Positions 25,901 to 39,314 of a stretch of DNA of 64,000 nt are shown here, piece by piece. The stretch covers positions 1 through 64,000 of the forward strand of contig JAUCBJ010007293.1 in NCBI GenBank assembly GCA_032718475.1. Direction: 5' to 3'. This DNA comes from Nemertoderma westbladi (lineage: Eukaryota; Animalia; Xenacoelomorpha). The notes under the pieces are model-generated. The model saw only the letters and a program-made list of their open reading frames with translations. It ran no database searches and was not told the origin of the DNA. Every line of letters starts with the position of its first letter. The stretch's first letter is position 1. A program made the translations under genes and the position numbers.

Positions 25901-27350
25901 GTCGACTGAGAACAACGTTTCTGAAGTTGCACAACGTAGAGTTTCATCTGCCAAATCTAGTGACTCTAGATAACGGCATCGTTCCCATGTATTACGAGAG
26001 ACCCAATTGCTAATAGGTCGACCGATAGTATCAACAACAGTGACCTTCATTGCGATGTTGTCATTATTCCTTAGACAGAGAATAATTTCAACAATATCAC
26101 GTTTGAGTGTTATAGGTTCTTCAGTCACCCCGAAACCCAATACAGGTAAAGACAATTTTTCGACTACCGGAATATTCCAACGATCCACGAGTTGTTGCGT
26201 AATAAACGACCATTGACTGCCAGGGTCGAAATACAATATTTATATTAATGACCCTTGATGAGTTTATTTTACAATCGATGATGGCCGTTTGAAGTAAAAC
26301 TTGATTGGAATTAGTGGTGCTGGTAGGCTTATATGATGCACCCAATGGCGCACATAGATGAGTCCTGGATTTAACATTTCCAACGGAAACTTTGCGCGAC
26401 TCTGAACATAAGGGCTCCTTCGTACCTCATATTGATTCGGATTTAGTGGACTGAGATGGCCTGTGGTTGGCATCATCTGGTGTCTCCGTTCGTCAATGTT
26501 GGATACTGTTCTACATTTCGCACCTTTATGACGCCCATTACAGAATAGTATATATAGTAATCACCACTCTTAATGTGGAGAGGCGAAAGCAGAATACCCA
26601 GTTGATGCTTAATCTCTACGATGATAGCACAATAAACGCAATGAAACATTTCTTGGGTTCAGGAAACGCAACTGGGTCATCCATGGGCAAGTCGAACACT
26701 CCGTACCTATAATGTACTGTTTAGTAGGCCTACTTGTAAAGAGATCGCACAAGGATTTCTTTCTTTTGATATGTTTGTATTTTCTAACAAAACAAACGGG
26801 TTTAATCAAACTATCACATATCAAGCTAATCAAGCAAAAACAAGCCGAATCAAAATTCGAAAATTTAAAGATGGCGGACAATAATGACGCAATCTTACAC
26901 ATTATCACAAGATCGTATGATATCCAGTGTTCACCAGCTGGGTTCTCGACCAACCAGCGAGCAGGAAATCACAAATGCCCTAAATTAATTTGGCAATTAT
27001 TAAAAGCGTAATTTTAACATAAATTTAGCACAATTATTGATTAATATAGAAATACAGGTGAATTTAGCACAATTATTAAGTAGATTCAGTAGATATTATA
27101 AAACGGCAAATATGTACACTATATTTATAGGTTTTTGCCACCATAATTAAATACACTGCTGTTTTATTATAAATTATACATACTTTAAGCTACATACTGT
27201 ATAAAATGAAATGAATATAAACCAAACTTGTAGATTTTATTTACCTTATCTAATTATACTACAATTGCGTATCGAGATACACTTATCTAATTTATTTTAT
27301 TTTATACTGTATAATGGGCTGTTTGGGACACAACGCCATAAATCGTAACA
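22980..27350 (-). mobile_element. Decayed BEL/Pao LTR retrotransposon (partial 5' LTR, gag zinc knuckle, protease, RT, RNase H, integrase)
   Basis: Minus strand shows FCNGRHKGAKC (~26500), FDPGSQWSFI (~26220), HVVFNASAK..SLNDCLMTGPN, YVDD (~24885), EIHTFCD..SIPRLELLG, H..VEH..LRERYWV..C..C, GVDFMG, SDNATNF. Starts with TGTTACG at 27350. Confidence 0.92.
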
Positions 27351-27640
27351 CTACTGCTAGAGAACATAAACAGTGTAATCTATTGCAATGACATATCCAT
27401 TATGATTGCTTCCTAAAGGCTTCATAAGATCTCATTGGTGGAATTGTATCCTGCATAACAACCAATTAAACCCGGTTTTGGGTGGCCCTTATAACTGCGG
27501 ATTCTGATTGGGGATTAATTGAATTATATCGGCCAATGAAATGACAGCTTAGTACTGCAGTAATAAATATTTGCTGCTGCAGTAACAAATAATTATTACT
27601 GCAGTAATAGATACATTTTTTTGTATTACCACAGTATTTA

Positions 27641-28421
27641 GGACTCAACATTAGTTACATGTATTCTTTCAGTCTATTGATGGAATTGTGGCTGACACAA
27701 AGAACTTTATTAACTAGTCTAGCAGTTATTAGTGGCAACATAGAATACATGATAGCACCAATTTTTTGGTTCTATAGTTTTTGCGTCATTGGGATTTGTA
27801 TTCCCATTTATAATATCAGGATTAATTTGGGAATATCAGGATTAATTAATTTGAATGCATATTATAGCTTAATTATATAATTTACCGCTATGAACTATGC
27901 TGCATACATTTATCACAGCTACAGTGTGAACCAATACAACATTGGTCGGATTTATATGATATTTCCAATTCTTCAATTTTTCAATGGTCTAACAATGACT
28001 TTAATGATGAAGAAGTTGAATCATACTGTCATACCAATGGTAGTCGGTTTAATTAATGATACCAGCAGTATCAATGCAACTAATAGGCCCTACAGAACTA
28101 CTCGGGTTACCTCATGATCTCTCCACTGGATGTGCTCTAGTAGGATTCGGATCTGGATTATTTCAAACACCTGCTCTGGAAACCCAAACACGATTGTCTG
28201 TGAATGTTTGTGGTTATCCTGACAATGTTGACACTAGATCTCTTCTCCAACAAATGTACAGAATATCAACATCTATCGGAATTATCATAGATCCTATTTT
28301 TGGTGAATTACTCAATGATTTCTTTGAAGTGCAAGCAGCAAGTTCGCTCCTAAGCCTGTTGGGGTTGCCTTTTATTATATCTTTGGTGGTTGTGTTTGCA
28401 TTTAGATTTCGTGTAGACTAG
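27641..28421 (+). pseudogene. SLC18B1-like MFS pseudogene, 5'-truncated, frameshifted
   Basis: Fragments MYSFSLLMELW, NYAAYIYH..., QLIGPTELLG...FAFRFRVD in three frames, with an internal deletion near 27830. Confidence 0.92.
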
Positions 28422-28494
28422 GTTAATAAAAACCCATCATCATGGTGGGACCTCTGTGAAATTGTTGTATATCGAACTATACTCAAAGGTCATA

Positions 28495-29480
28495 TGCCCC
28501 CATCATATTCTAAGACCTTGGACATTTTGAGCAAGTCGACTACTGGTTTGAAACTTTTTTTGAATACATCATTGATAATAGCCAAAAGGTTGGGTGTACC
28601 ATGGCATGTCTACCCGAAAGCTGTATCTTTTATCAAAGTCAGCTCTGTGATGAGTCTCAACATACCTTCCACATTACACTTCACACATTCAATGTCAATA
28701 TTTAACTTATATAGACATGGGCTTAGAAATTGCAAAAAGTAAGTGTTTGATGCTGCTCAAGTGTATGACAACACCTTTCGGTTTATTCGTAAAATCTTCA
28801 CAAAAAGTGAAATTGCTGTGCTTTTGGGTGGTACTAATCAAAGCACTTTTTGTGACTATTTATTCCAAACTGCATAAGTCATCTTCAAAACCACTCACAA
28901 ATTTTGAAATAAATATGCACACACCATTAAATTTTGATCCTGGGAGTTATTCAGCTGTGAAATTTACCCATAGTACAACATGTCCTGTCAGAGTCTGACA
29001 TCCAAGTTGAAGATGAAGTTGACTATTGCCTACAATGATCAAAACATCCCTGCACGTAGACATAATAATGTGGAGTTTGATGGTAGCCAATTTGTATTAC
29101 TTGTATTACTAATTCAGGAGAAACATTCTGAGTGGAGCACAATATCTTCTTCTGAGTCCAGTATTTGGACATATAGAGCATAACATGCTAAAGGCAGTGG
29201 GAAGTTTTGGTTGGGATATAGAATGGTATTTCAATTTTCCATGACTAATGGATTTGAAAGTGTCAAAGCTTTACTATTTTTAAAGCCAATGTTAAATCAC
29301 CATAAGAGCTACGAAGCTTAGGACATTGTTCTGCATGATCTGGCATGCGAATTGTTACAACCATTTCTTACAAGTTTACTTGGGAACTTTTTTACCAGAA
29401 TCATTAGACAGGTTTGTGGAACTATCTGATGATATAACATACAAGTGCTTGTTTACATTTACCTTCACCATTATTGTTAT
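28495..29480 (+). pseudogene. Longest copy of the decayed transposase-like fragment
   Basis: Extends past the other copies with KALLFLKPMLNHHKSYEA*DIVLHDLACELLQPF...SDDITYKCLFTFTF. Confidence 0.5.
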
Positions 29481-29652
29481 CTATTGTGTTATGTTAAGTT
29501 ATGTAATGTAATGTATGTTATGCTAGTTATGGGAATTGCTGTTAGAAGTGGTGATTTGATTGATACTGCTATATACAAATATGCTCTTTTTTACATGTAG
29601 GAACTATAATTGTATCAGTGAGTTATTGCCTTCTATTTGTCCAGCCTCTTAA

Positions 29653-32600
29653 CCCTATTACCACTGGGGGGGGGGGGGGGGGGGGGGCGAATCGGCCCAT
29701 TCCTAGTTTTTAATTGCTGTATCTATGCAACCACATTATGTACCAGCCCAATTTTTTACGAGAATTAGTCAAATTTAATGGCGCATCTTTTGCAAAAAAC
29801 GGCGTTGCAATTAGATTTCGACTTTTCGATGTGGGTGCCACCTCAAAATTGGGTCCCCAGCAGAAATTTTTGCAAATTTAAGAAGATAATTTGTTAATTT
29901 TAATTAGATAATTTAATTTAATTTGATTTAATTAGATTATTAAATAATTAATTAATAATTTTTGGATATTTTATAAGGTCATTTGTGAGTTAGTAATTCT
30001 TTATGTTGGGGCCTTTTTTTATTGATTCTGTATCGTATGGAGCACTCTACTACTCTATATAAGTATGTAAGGGAAGTGGTACGTCATTTTTGGTGCGCTA
30101 AAATTAGGGCGTGGCAGCACCTCAAATTTTCAAAATTTCAATATTCGTTAAATACTCCGAAGTTTTGATTTCAATCCATTTTATGGGTTTTCTGGCCCGC
30201 TTAATCAATTGAAAGTAATATAGAAGACTCAATTCTTAGTGGTACATCATTATTGGTGCACCAAAATTAGGGCCTGGCAAGTAGGCTTACTTCAAATTTT
30301 CAAAATTACGATATTCAGAAAAGAATTTCATTCAGAAAAATAGTTTTTCATTTCAACCAATATTTATAGGTTATCTGGATCGCTGAATCGATTGAAAGTA
30401 ATATTGAAGCCTCAAGTCTTAGTGGTATGTGTTACGATATATGGTGCTGTGTACTTAAAACAGCCCATATACAGTATAAAGTAATTTAGATAAGTCATAA
30501 TGATGTACAGCTGTTGTTAGATAGGGAAAATAAAATAAAATATACGAGTTTATATATTTCATTCGACTTTGTACAGTATGTAGTTTGGCATATGTAATTT
30601 TATAATAAAACCTTAGTAAATACATTTATGGTGGCAAAACTTTCATAAAACTCTAATATGAATTGGCTGTTTATTGATATTGACTGAACCTGACGCATAT
30701 TTGTACTAATTTCTTTTATATTTCTCTGTAAACTGGCGTTTGTACCGAATTTATGATTAACGTGCTTTAATAATGGCGAAATTAATGTTACGGCCATAAA
30801 CCTATAAGTCCACCAGGACAGATTCATTACCATATATGGTAATAATTTGCGAAATGGAGCAGCAAGGATCACAATCCGGCTTCCTCATTGGCCTAGCTGT
30901 TTTAGGTTAGTCTAATGGTTGTAGGGTTTTGTTGGACCAATGATATGATTATTGCGTCATACATATATTTCATCAGTCACAGTTTTACAGTGCTTCAGTC
31001 TTAGTATACCTGTATATGTGTTCGGTGTGTTGGTGCACCGGTACAGCGGTACTGCACGTTTTGCGATTAAAATGTTTTGAATCTTCTTGCTTGTGTATTC
31101 TGCTATTCGTAAATTATTTCTGCTGATTACTTCTTTGATTACAATTTCGAATAATGATTTCTGCATTGATTCTTGATTTCTTAAATCTATGTGATTGAGA
31201 TGTAATAATCCTTACGAGGATTTCCTTTCAACTGTCAGACTGTTTGTAAACGCATGCGCCGAACGGTAGCTATTTGCTTAGCATGAAGGGCTAAGGGTAC
31301 CGGTAGGCGCAGCGGGCGCACCGTGGAAGCGACGGAGGGAGGTGTGGTGGATCCAATGTGGGGCAACGCTGGCGGGGGGCTAGCAATTGCAGCCGGGCTA
31401 ATCAATTAAGGACTGGGGACCGGTCGTCATTACAGTATTTGGGGGCTCACGATCCAGACTTCGTCTCAACCTTGCAGTGCTAGGGTAGTAATACTGGGTT
31501 TAGTTAGGAGGCCTGCGTGTGGCTTTGGGTGGCCTTTGCTTCTTACACTAGTATACTAGTATACTAATGCACTAGTTAACACTAGCTGACTAGCGCTATT
31601 AGCGCGGTCAGAAACACTACCAGTTCTATTGCTAACGATATTTTGTCTTGTGTTGCTAAAGAGTGCCTGATGCTTGAATGTGAATGCTTAGATAGGCGCT
31701 GTTTTTTCTTCATTATTTTCCATTTCTTAGTTTATGCTTATTAATTGCTGATTAGGTCAAAATAATACAGTATTTAGGCTGTTGAAGGTATAACTCAGTA
31801 ACATAATAAATTAGAAATATGTACTCTGGAATACTTAGTAATTAGTACGCAAATTCGTATTTTATGACACTAGTTAATTTAGCATGTTAGAATAAAATTA
31901 ATAACTTGTACGCTGCATAGCGGAGAGTAGTTTGGGTAAATTACTTTAGAATACAGTAGAATATTCGACGCTAGGCGGTTATTTTAAAATAGTGGGTCAA
32001 CGTGTTGACAGCGGTAGCTAGTATACAGTAGTAATTTGCTGGCCTAAAGCCAGCGAAGGCCTAGACATTAGGACAAATAAAAGGTTTATCTCGTTATAGT
32101 ATCAAATTATTCTCACATTCGACATTGTTCCGCCCGATAACTTCCAGTGTTTCTGTGATAAGTGAACGCCGAGTGCTAGACCACCCGCACTCATCTTAAG
32201 TAGCTTAGGGAGCCATTTCAGATTTATTGTTTTGGTTATTGCTGTGTGGCTTATAGATTCGAACAGTTAGCTCTCTGTTGAGAAATCAACAGAGAAAGGA
32301 GCGAGTGATTGTCAGATCTTATAGTCAGTAATAGTAACATAGTTTAGCAGACGGTTCTGGAGGTTCTGTCTGTGTTCAAAATTAAGAGATTGCGTTGGAC
32401 CAAGTCAGAACGCTTATTAGTAAGGAGTAACGTCCTCTGATCGTTCAACAGTATGTCCTTATTGGTACACCAAAATTAGGGCGTGGTACTTTTTCAAAAT
32501 TTTAATAAGTGCCACTCCCTAATTTTGGTGCACCAAAAATACCGAACCACTAAGTCTTCAGGCTTCTATAATACTTTCAATTGATTCAGCAGTCCAGAAA

Positions 32601-33199
32601 ACCTATAAATGTGCGTTGAAATCTCAACTTTGGTTTATTTTCCGAATCTCATATTTTTCAATATTTGAAGTGCCACAGAGCCACGCCCTAATTTTGGTGC
32701 TCCAAAAAGGACGATCCACTATGTCTTCCGGGTTCGATAATATTTTCAATCGATTCAGCGGTCCAGAAAACCTATAAAAACGCGTTGATATCAACAGTTT
32801 TTTCCGAATATCGTATTTTTCAAAATTTGAAGTGCCACGCCCACTTCTTAGGTGCACGAAAAATAGCATCCAGTTCAATTTTCGGAAATGGAATATAATC
32901 ACATTCGATTCAGCATAGTGAAAAACCTACTAATGCTAGCCATCAATGCTACACTATCATTAGAATATCAAAAAAAAATATATTTTGTCCTGGGACTACT
33001 TCTATTTTTCATGAAAATTATTATACCCACCTTATGAAATTTTCATTTTTTTTGGATTTGAAAATGTTCTTCGATAATTTTTTCACCTACAGCCCAAATT
33101 TCGTAGGATTTTATTGGATGATTACAAAAATACAGTGGGGGGCCGAATCGACCCCCTGCCAGTGCTGCTAATGGTCTAAACACCCCAGTGGTAATAGGG
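29653..33199. mobile_element. piggyBac-like non-autonomous DNA transposon with internal inverted tandem arrays
   Basis: TIRs ccctattaccactgggg / ccccagtggtaataggg, TTAA at both ends (29649-29652, 33200-33203). ~165-bp internal repeats containing aaaattagggcgtgg switch orientation near 32490. Confidence 0.9.
30430..32450 (+). mobile_element. 2021-bp solo LTR (BEL/Pao-related) nested in the piggyBac-like element
   Basis: TG...CA ends with perfect 5-bp TSD gtatg (30425-30429, 32451-32455). First ~250 bp are homologous to the BEL/Pao LTR start at 27350 (minus). Confidence 0.85.
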
Positions 33200-33510
33200 T
33201 TAAAACTGAAACTACAATTTGTTGATTTCATGAAAACAACGGCATCATATGACAGTCAAATGACAGGACTGGCCATGGTAAAGGTCAAGGACTTGATTAT
33301 GTTTTGGAAGAAATGCATAAATTGCTAAAAGCTTTGACAACGTCAACTTTATTTATTCGTGATCTTACTAGATTATATACAAGCACAAACATTCTAAATT
33401 TAAGATATTGTAATGGTGTCGGTGTGATATCGCAGTGCCACCAATGCCACCAATTCGCAAAGCGATAAGAGCGGCCCTTTGATGGTGAAATTATGTGATA
33501 CGGTCTGCCC

Positions 33511-34371
33511 GGATAGTTATAAAATCCGACAATACCGAAAAAGACGAAATTATTGACGAAAATATCGAAATGATAAAATTGTAAATAAAATCTCGCTTTC
33601 CAGTGAGATCAGTATTATTAGAAGGCACACCCAGAAGGCATGGCCATTAATAAAATCCGATAATTTCGCCCCATTTTCGACCCAAAAAGTAATTTAATAC
33701 CAAATACTGTCTCTGTTGATTGGTTATTAGGGGTAATCCAATAATGGAAAAACACCACAAGATGGCCCTCAAATTCGGACAGTAAGGTCAGAGTGTAGGC
33801 CTACTGCAGTTACTGCATTACGACTGCTGCACTGCAGTACTGTAGTTACGTTCACCTGTACAGTGTACACACTCGCCGTGCTCTGCCACTTGCCTACAGT
33901 ATCAGTCATTAACTGTACAATGTAGGCCAACACCTGTAACGCGAAGGTACCGTACTGCCGTACGCCGTAATGTGTAAGCAGCTTTGGGTTGGGGTACCGG
34001 CTGACCGGACCGGTTCCTTTAACCTTACCCCTTCAGGCTGTACCATGCCTTGTAATACAACAGTACACTTATCTGCTGAGCTGATACTGAATTGATTCAT
34101 CCAGGCCGCCATTGGTCAACACCTAACAACCAACCAGCACACAGTATTTGGTATTAAATTACTTTTAAGGTCGAAAATGGGGCGAAATTATCGTATTTTA
34201 TTTAATAAAAAATGTCAAGTGTGCCTTCTAATAATTCCTATTGTACTGGAATGAGAGATTTTGCAGATTGTTTTATAATTTCGATAGTTTTGTTGATGAT
34301 TTCGTCTTTTTCGTTATTTCCGTACATTATATATTATATTCGTATATTATATTCGTATATTATAACTATCC
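33511..34371. mobile_element. Mutator-like (MULE) MITE with ~200-bp TIRs
   Basis: ggatagttataa...ttataactatcc ends; 33511-33710 is inverted against 34141-34371. Flanking 9-mers ggtctgccc/aagctgccc share the last 6 nt (degenerate TSD). Confidence 0.7.
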
Positions 34372-35194
34372 AAGCTGCCCCATATGATCTGATATGGCAT
34401 TGTATGGATATGACATTGTACTGTATTCCGATAAAAATAAAATTAAATATTTATATCCAAAGGCACTAGTACTTGTAAACTGCTGAACAACATTTTGTAA
34501 GTTGTTGGCATGTGGTGCATTCAAATATGTAATACCCAGTTCAGCCAATAAACAAATATTTTAGACGCGATACATAATGATAGATAATCTGATTCAGACA
34601 CTAATTTTTAATTTTTCTTTCTGCTGTACATTCTTGTGCAGCAATATTATTGTGAGCGCGTTACGGCGTCACATTGACATCGAATAAAAACCCCTAGTTT
34701 TTCCCCTCTTTTAATTGAGAGTTAGATGCTTTTAAAATGCTCAAGTTTTATACAAAACTTTCTTATTTATTTTACAGTTTTAATATGTCATGTCTCATGT
34801 CAATCAAATACTGAAATGCAATTACGAAATTATTATTCGAATATAAAACAATGTACAGCAATTTATAGTAATTTATAGCAATAGCATTGGCAATAGCACT
34901 AAATAAAACTGTGGGGCTTTGTTATGTATCACAATAATTACCACAATACATTGAACATTAGAGTATTTTTAATTTTGATGCCGTACCATATAAAATAAGC
35001 CCCCCACAATATAAATAATCCCGTGAAACCCTAGCGCGAACTAGCCCTATCATCACATCCCAGACTGAACCGGCCAACAGCCTGAAATAGGCCCGGCTAC
35101 TCCATATACATTGACGGATTCATATTACCGCTACCGGTACCATCAATATACTGAATGTCACACTGCCACCGGAAGTCAGATATCAGATAACAAT

Positions 35195-35221
35195 GATAAT
35201 AATAATAATAATAATAATAAT
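35195..35221. repeat. (AAT)n microsatellite
   Basis: About 8-9 AAT units. Confidence 0.85.
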
Positions 35222-36400
35222 GGCTCTAACACTGCTGTGTCATGCCTATATATATCAGCTAGCAATACGCCATCTTACGTCTAGTAAATGAACATGATAT
35301 GTTCTATTGGCAATAATACAATAGGCTACATACTTTATAATAGTGTGAGCAGATAACAATCATGCATATGAGGCGAGCCACAAAGTAAGTTAGACTGTAA
35401 ACTTGGCTAATAACATTAAGCTTTATGATAACTTATAATTAAATTAAACTGCCATGAATAATGTTACCCCGAAACAGTATAACGGAAATAATACGCGCTT
35501 ACAATTATTATTATTAAAAATGACAGTTGCGTTGCTCAGTTGAACTCCAGTTCATTACGATTGAATTCAAAATCACAGAAAACCTGTCAATCGCGGGAAT
35601 ATACTATAGGTCAAATAGTGATAATTTTGAAACAACAAATTTTGAAAGTTTCGTGCAGCACACAATTTTGCTGCCAACACGAAAAATACAACTTCTTTAT
35701 AATTTTGATTAATTGATTTATATTTTCAAAATTTCTGACATGGGTGCGAGAAAGGTCCTGTATCAAAAAACGGGTGAGTAGCGGTTTTCTGTTCATTTGA
35801 AAGAGGAATCGATTTGAAGAAATTTCAAGAAGTTTCACGGTCATACCTAGAAATGTCAGCGGCTTTTAAAATGGATTACGATTCCGAAACGAAATCCTGA
35901 TATAATGGAAATGACCCCCTTCCCCTATGCTGCCGTGCTAAGGCTAAATACCCTATCTCGAAAAATGTCATTTTGAGAAAATAACGATTTAGTTTGATCG
36001 ATGCTAGGAACAATGTTAATATAACTCCGTAATGGTCCCCTATGTAGTAAAAAATGCGCACAATTTGTATGGCATGTGCCGATAAGTACTTTGGACACTA
36101 GATGGTGCAGAAAATCGAGATAGGGTGTTTTACCAAAGCATCTAAGTAATTATTCAGTTAGGGATTTACCCTATCTCGTATATAGGGTACTTTTTTTAAT
36201 ATAGGGTATTCTGACATTTTCTGTAGTTGTAATTATTTTTACATAAAAAATATTTTAATATGTTAATTTTGTATATTTAGTCCATTTGTATATTACAAAA
36301 CATACAAAAACAAGTACAAGGTACCCAATTATTAACATTCACAAATTCAATAGTCAAATATTCAATAAAATCCAATTCAAATTCATAGTTTAAAATCAAT

Positions 36401-39314
36401 TTATGTATCTTCATTTGGACGCCGGACTATCTCGTTCCAGAACTTCAGTCGATTTGCAGGAATTACTGGAGCTAGGCGACGTATTAATTCGTCCAATCGA
36501 TCGCTGGGAACACCTTTAGGTTCCTTTTGATATTCAGGAACGCAATAGATGACATTTCTCTTCATCAGATCAACTTCCAACCAATCTTGATCGCCATAAT
36601 TTACTTTATACTTTATCATCTTGTATCCCTTCTCAAACCTTACGGCTACGACAGACTTCAGTAATGGAAAGGTACCATTGTCTCGATGTTTTTTAAGTTT
36701 ATGGACGGAGGTCTCATTGGTCCAAAGATGAACGTCACCATGCTCAATTATCTTTACTTCAGAATTGAAGCTCGCAGCTTTCTTTACACAAGTTCCAAAA
36801 TATTTAAAGTCATATACTTTCTTAGCTGTCTTTATTTCCTTATTAACTAGCCGGTGTAAGTTGTCTGCTGACATAGAGGAATGGTGTGGTTCAAAGTACC
36901 ACAACTCGATAGCTTTTTGTCCCATAAACTGAATAAGTTTTATAAGACACGAGTAGAATGTGTAGTTTTTGTTCTGAGCGCCGCAATTATCAACCCATAT
37001 TTTCACAAGCTCTTTATCCCTGACTGATTCTAGAAAATAGAAAAATGTGGATGCAATGTCTTCATTGTTTCTACCATGCTCCCCATCATGCCAAATAGCA
37101 GAGAATATATCATTATTGTTGCGGAGTTTCCCCAATGGGACGAAAGATTCGTGATATGCTATGACTCTTCTCAAGAATTGCACGTCCTGAAACATTTCAA
37201 GAACGGGCAACATGATGACTTTCTGCAAATCCACAGAAACTATGGTGGTTGAACTATTTCCCCTAATCGCGGCATCCCTTTGATATGTTTCTCTGGAGGC
37301 CCTCGCACGGTCGATGTGTGTTTCATGCTCGACACATATATCACAAACGTTTAAGTTGGAAGCGGCACAGGTATGCAGCTTATGCATTTCACATTTTATA
37401 CACTCCTCATGTCCTAACTTGGCGAACGATATATTCATTCCATGGAAGACTTTGCGATATTTCTGATATAATACATCACACTCTGGGTTTTTCTGGATGT
37501 AATCGTCATGGAGACCAACTAAGGTGAATTCGCAAGGTAGATAACGTCTATTGGGCGCATGTTCATATCTATAGTGCGCAATTTCCGGGTTGTATGACTC
37601 TATATGTGCCTTAATTGAGGCATCAGCAACTTTATTGGTTGGTTCATGTCGACCCCGGGTATCCGTTGGAGCAAGTACGGATGTTATAGAACCTTTCAGA
37701 GCAGTTTTTAGGGGCTGGTTATTGTTTTCACGGTAGCCAAGTGTGGTTAAAATAAATTTTTGGCACACTCTATGGCGCTCCCCATTTTCTGATGTCAAGA
37801 AATATTTGCAAATTTTGGTTTTATGCATCTGTGTAGCTGGAGTAGACCTCTCCGACGAGGAAAGTATAAACTGATTTCTTTGACTTGGTACCATAGACCA
37901 ATAACTATCACATATATGTTGACGACGGTCTGTTGTAATAACACCATTGCACCTCAGCTGGCACTTATGACTACAAACTGCTTCCCGTAGAGGATATGCC
38001 TCCTTGTCTCCATCCAACCGCTCGTTATGTGTTCGTGCTCTTATTTTCATAGCAGGCTTTTGTCGCTTTTTCGTCACAGGTTGCACATCTTCAACCACAT
38101 CAGAATCATCATCATCTGAATCGTCCGACCCTGGAATCCAGTCGCCATCTTCATTAGAAACATATGATTGTGGTTCCGATAATTGAGCAACATCACTGTA
38201 AGTGACATCATTTAAAACGGCAGGTTCAATGACAATATCGAGTTGTTCTATCGAATTGTCATTGTCAACATCAATATTACCATTTCGAAGTAAACTATGT
38301 AAAATTTCTTCGACACTCGAACTCTCATCATCCCAATCACTAAACGAAATCTCATCTGATGCATTTTCAATGCCACTTGACTCTTCATCCAACACACCAA
38401 TCGTATCCCTGCCCTTCCCCCCAGAATCATCCAACACAACAATTGTTTCCCTGTCCTTCCTCCCAGTATCATCCGACACACCGACCATGTCCCTGTCCTT
38501 CCTCCCAGAATCATCTGACACACCGACCATGTCCCTGTCCTTCCTCCCAGTATCATCCGACACACCGACCATGTCCCTGTCCTTCCTCCCAGTATCATCC
38601 AACACACCAACCGTGTCCCTGTCCTTCCCCCCAGAATCATCCAACACACCGACCATGACCTGTCCTTCCTCCCAGTATCATCCGACACACTGACCATGCC
38701 CCTGTCCTTCCTCCCAGTATCATCCAGCACACCGACCGTGTCCCTGCCCTTCCTCCCAGTATCATCTAAGACACCGACCGGGTCCCTGTATTTCCCCCCA
38801 GAATCATCCAACACACCGACCATGACCTGTCCTTCCTCCCAGTATCATCCGACACACTGACCATGCCCCTGTCCTTCCTCCCAGTATCATCCAGCACACC
38901 GACCGTGTCCCTGCCCTTCCTCCCAGTATCATCTAAGACACCGACTGAGTCCCTGTATTTCCCCCCAGAATCATCCAACACACCGACCATGTCCCTGTCC
39001 TTCCTCCCAGTATCATCCAACACGTCGACCATGTCCCTGTCCTTCCTCCCAGTATCATCCGACACACCGACCATGTCCCTGTCCTTCCTCCCAGAATCAT
39101 CCAACACACTGACCGTGTCCGTGTTCTTCCCCCCAGAATCATCCGACACAGCGACACTGACCATGTCCCTCCTCATCTGTCGCTTTGGATAAACTTTGTA
39201 TGAAGGCATTATTATTGGTGCATTTCTCTTTCTCATCATTGAGTTCTTACAACATTCCGCTTCCTGTAATTCAAACCCAAAGAATGGCAATGGTTCATCA
39301 TCTTCTAGATCCAT
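36401..39314 (-). pseudogene. Sola1-like DDD transposase; 751-aa open C-terminal part, N-terminus separated by two 1-bp frameshifts
   Basis: Motifs VCQKFILTTLG, SVDLQKVIMLP, WHDGEHGR, WVDNCGAQNKN, SMSADNLH. The ORF begins MDLEDDEP at 39314 and shifts frame at ~38825 and ~38658. Confidence 0.85.
38383..39170 (-). repeat. 42-bp coding minisatellite (~18-19 units, DRDMVGVSDDTGRK)
   Basis: Directly visible tandem repeat containing a duplicated 167-bp (4 units minus 1 bp) block. Confidence 0.95.

Noticed and set aside
38383-39170. 42-bp repeat as CRISPR or a separate repeat protein gene
   Set aside because: Contiguous tandem units lying in frame within the Sola transposase.
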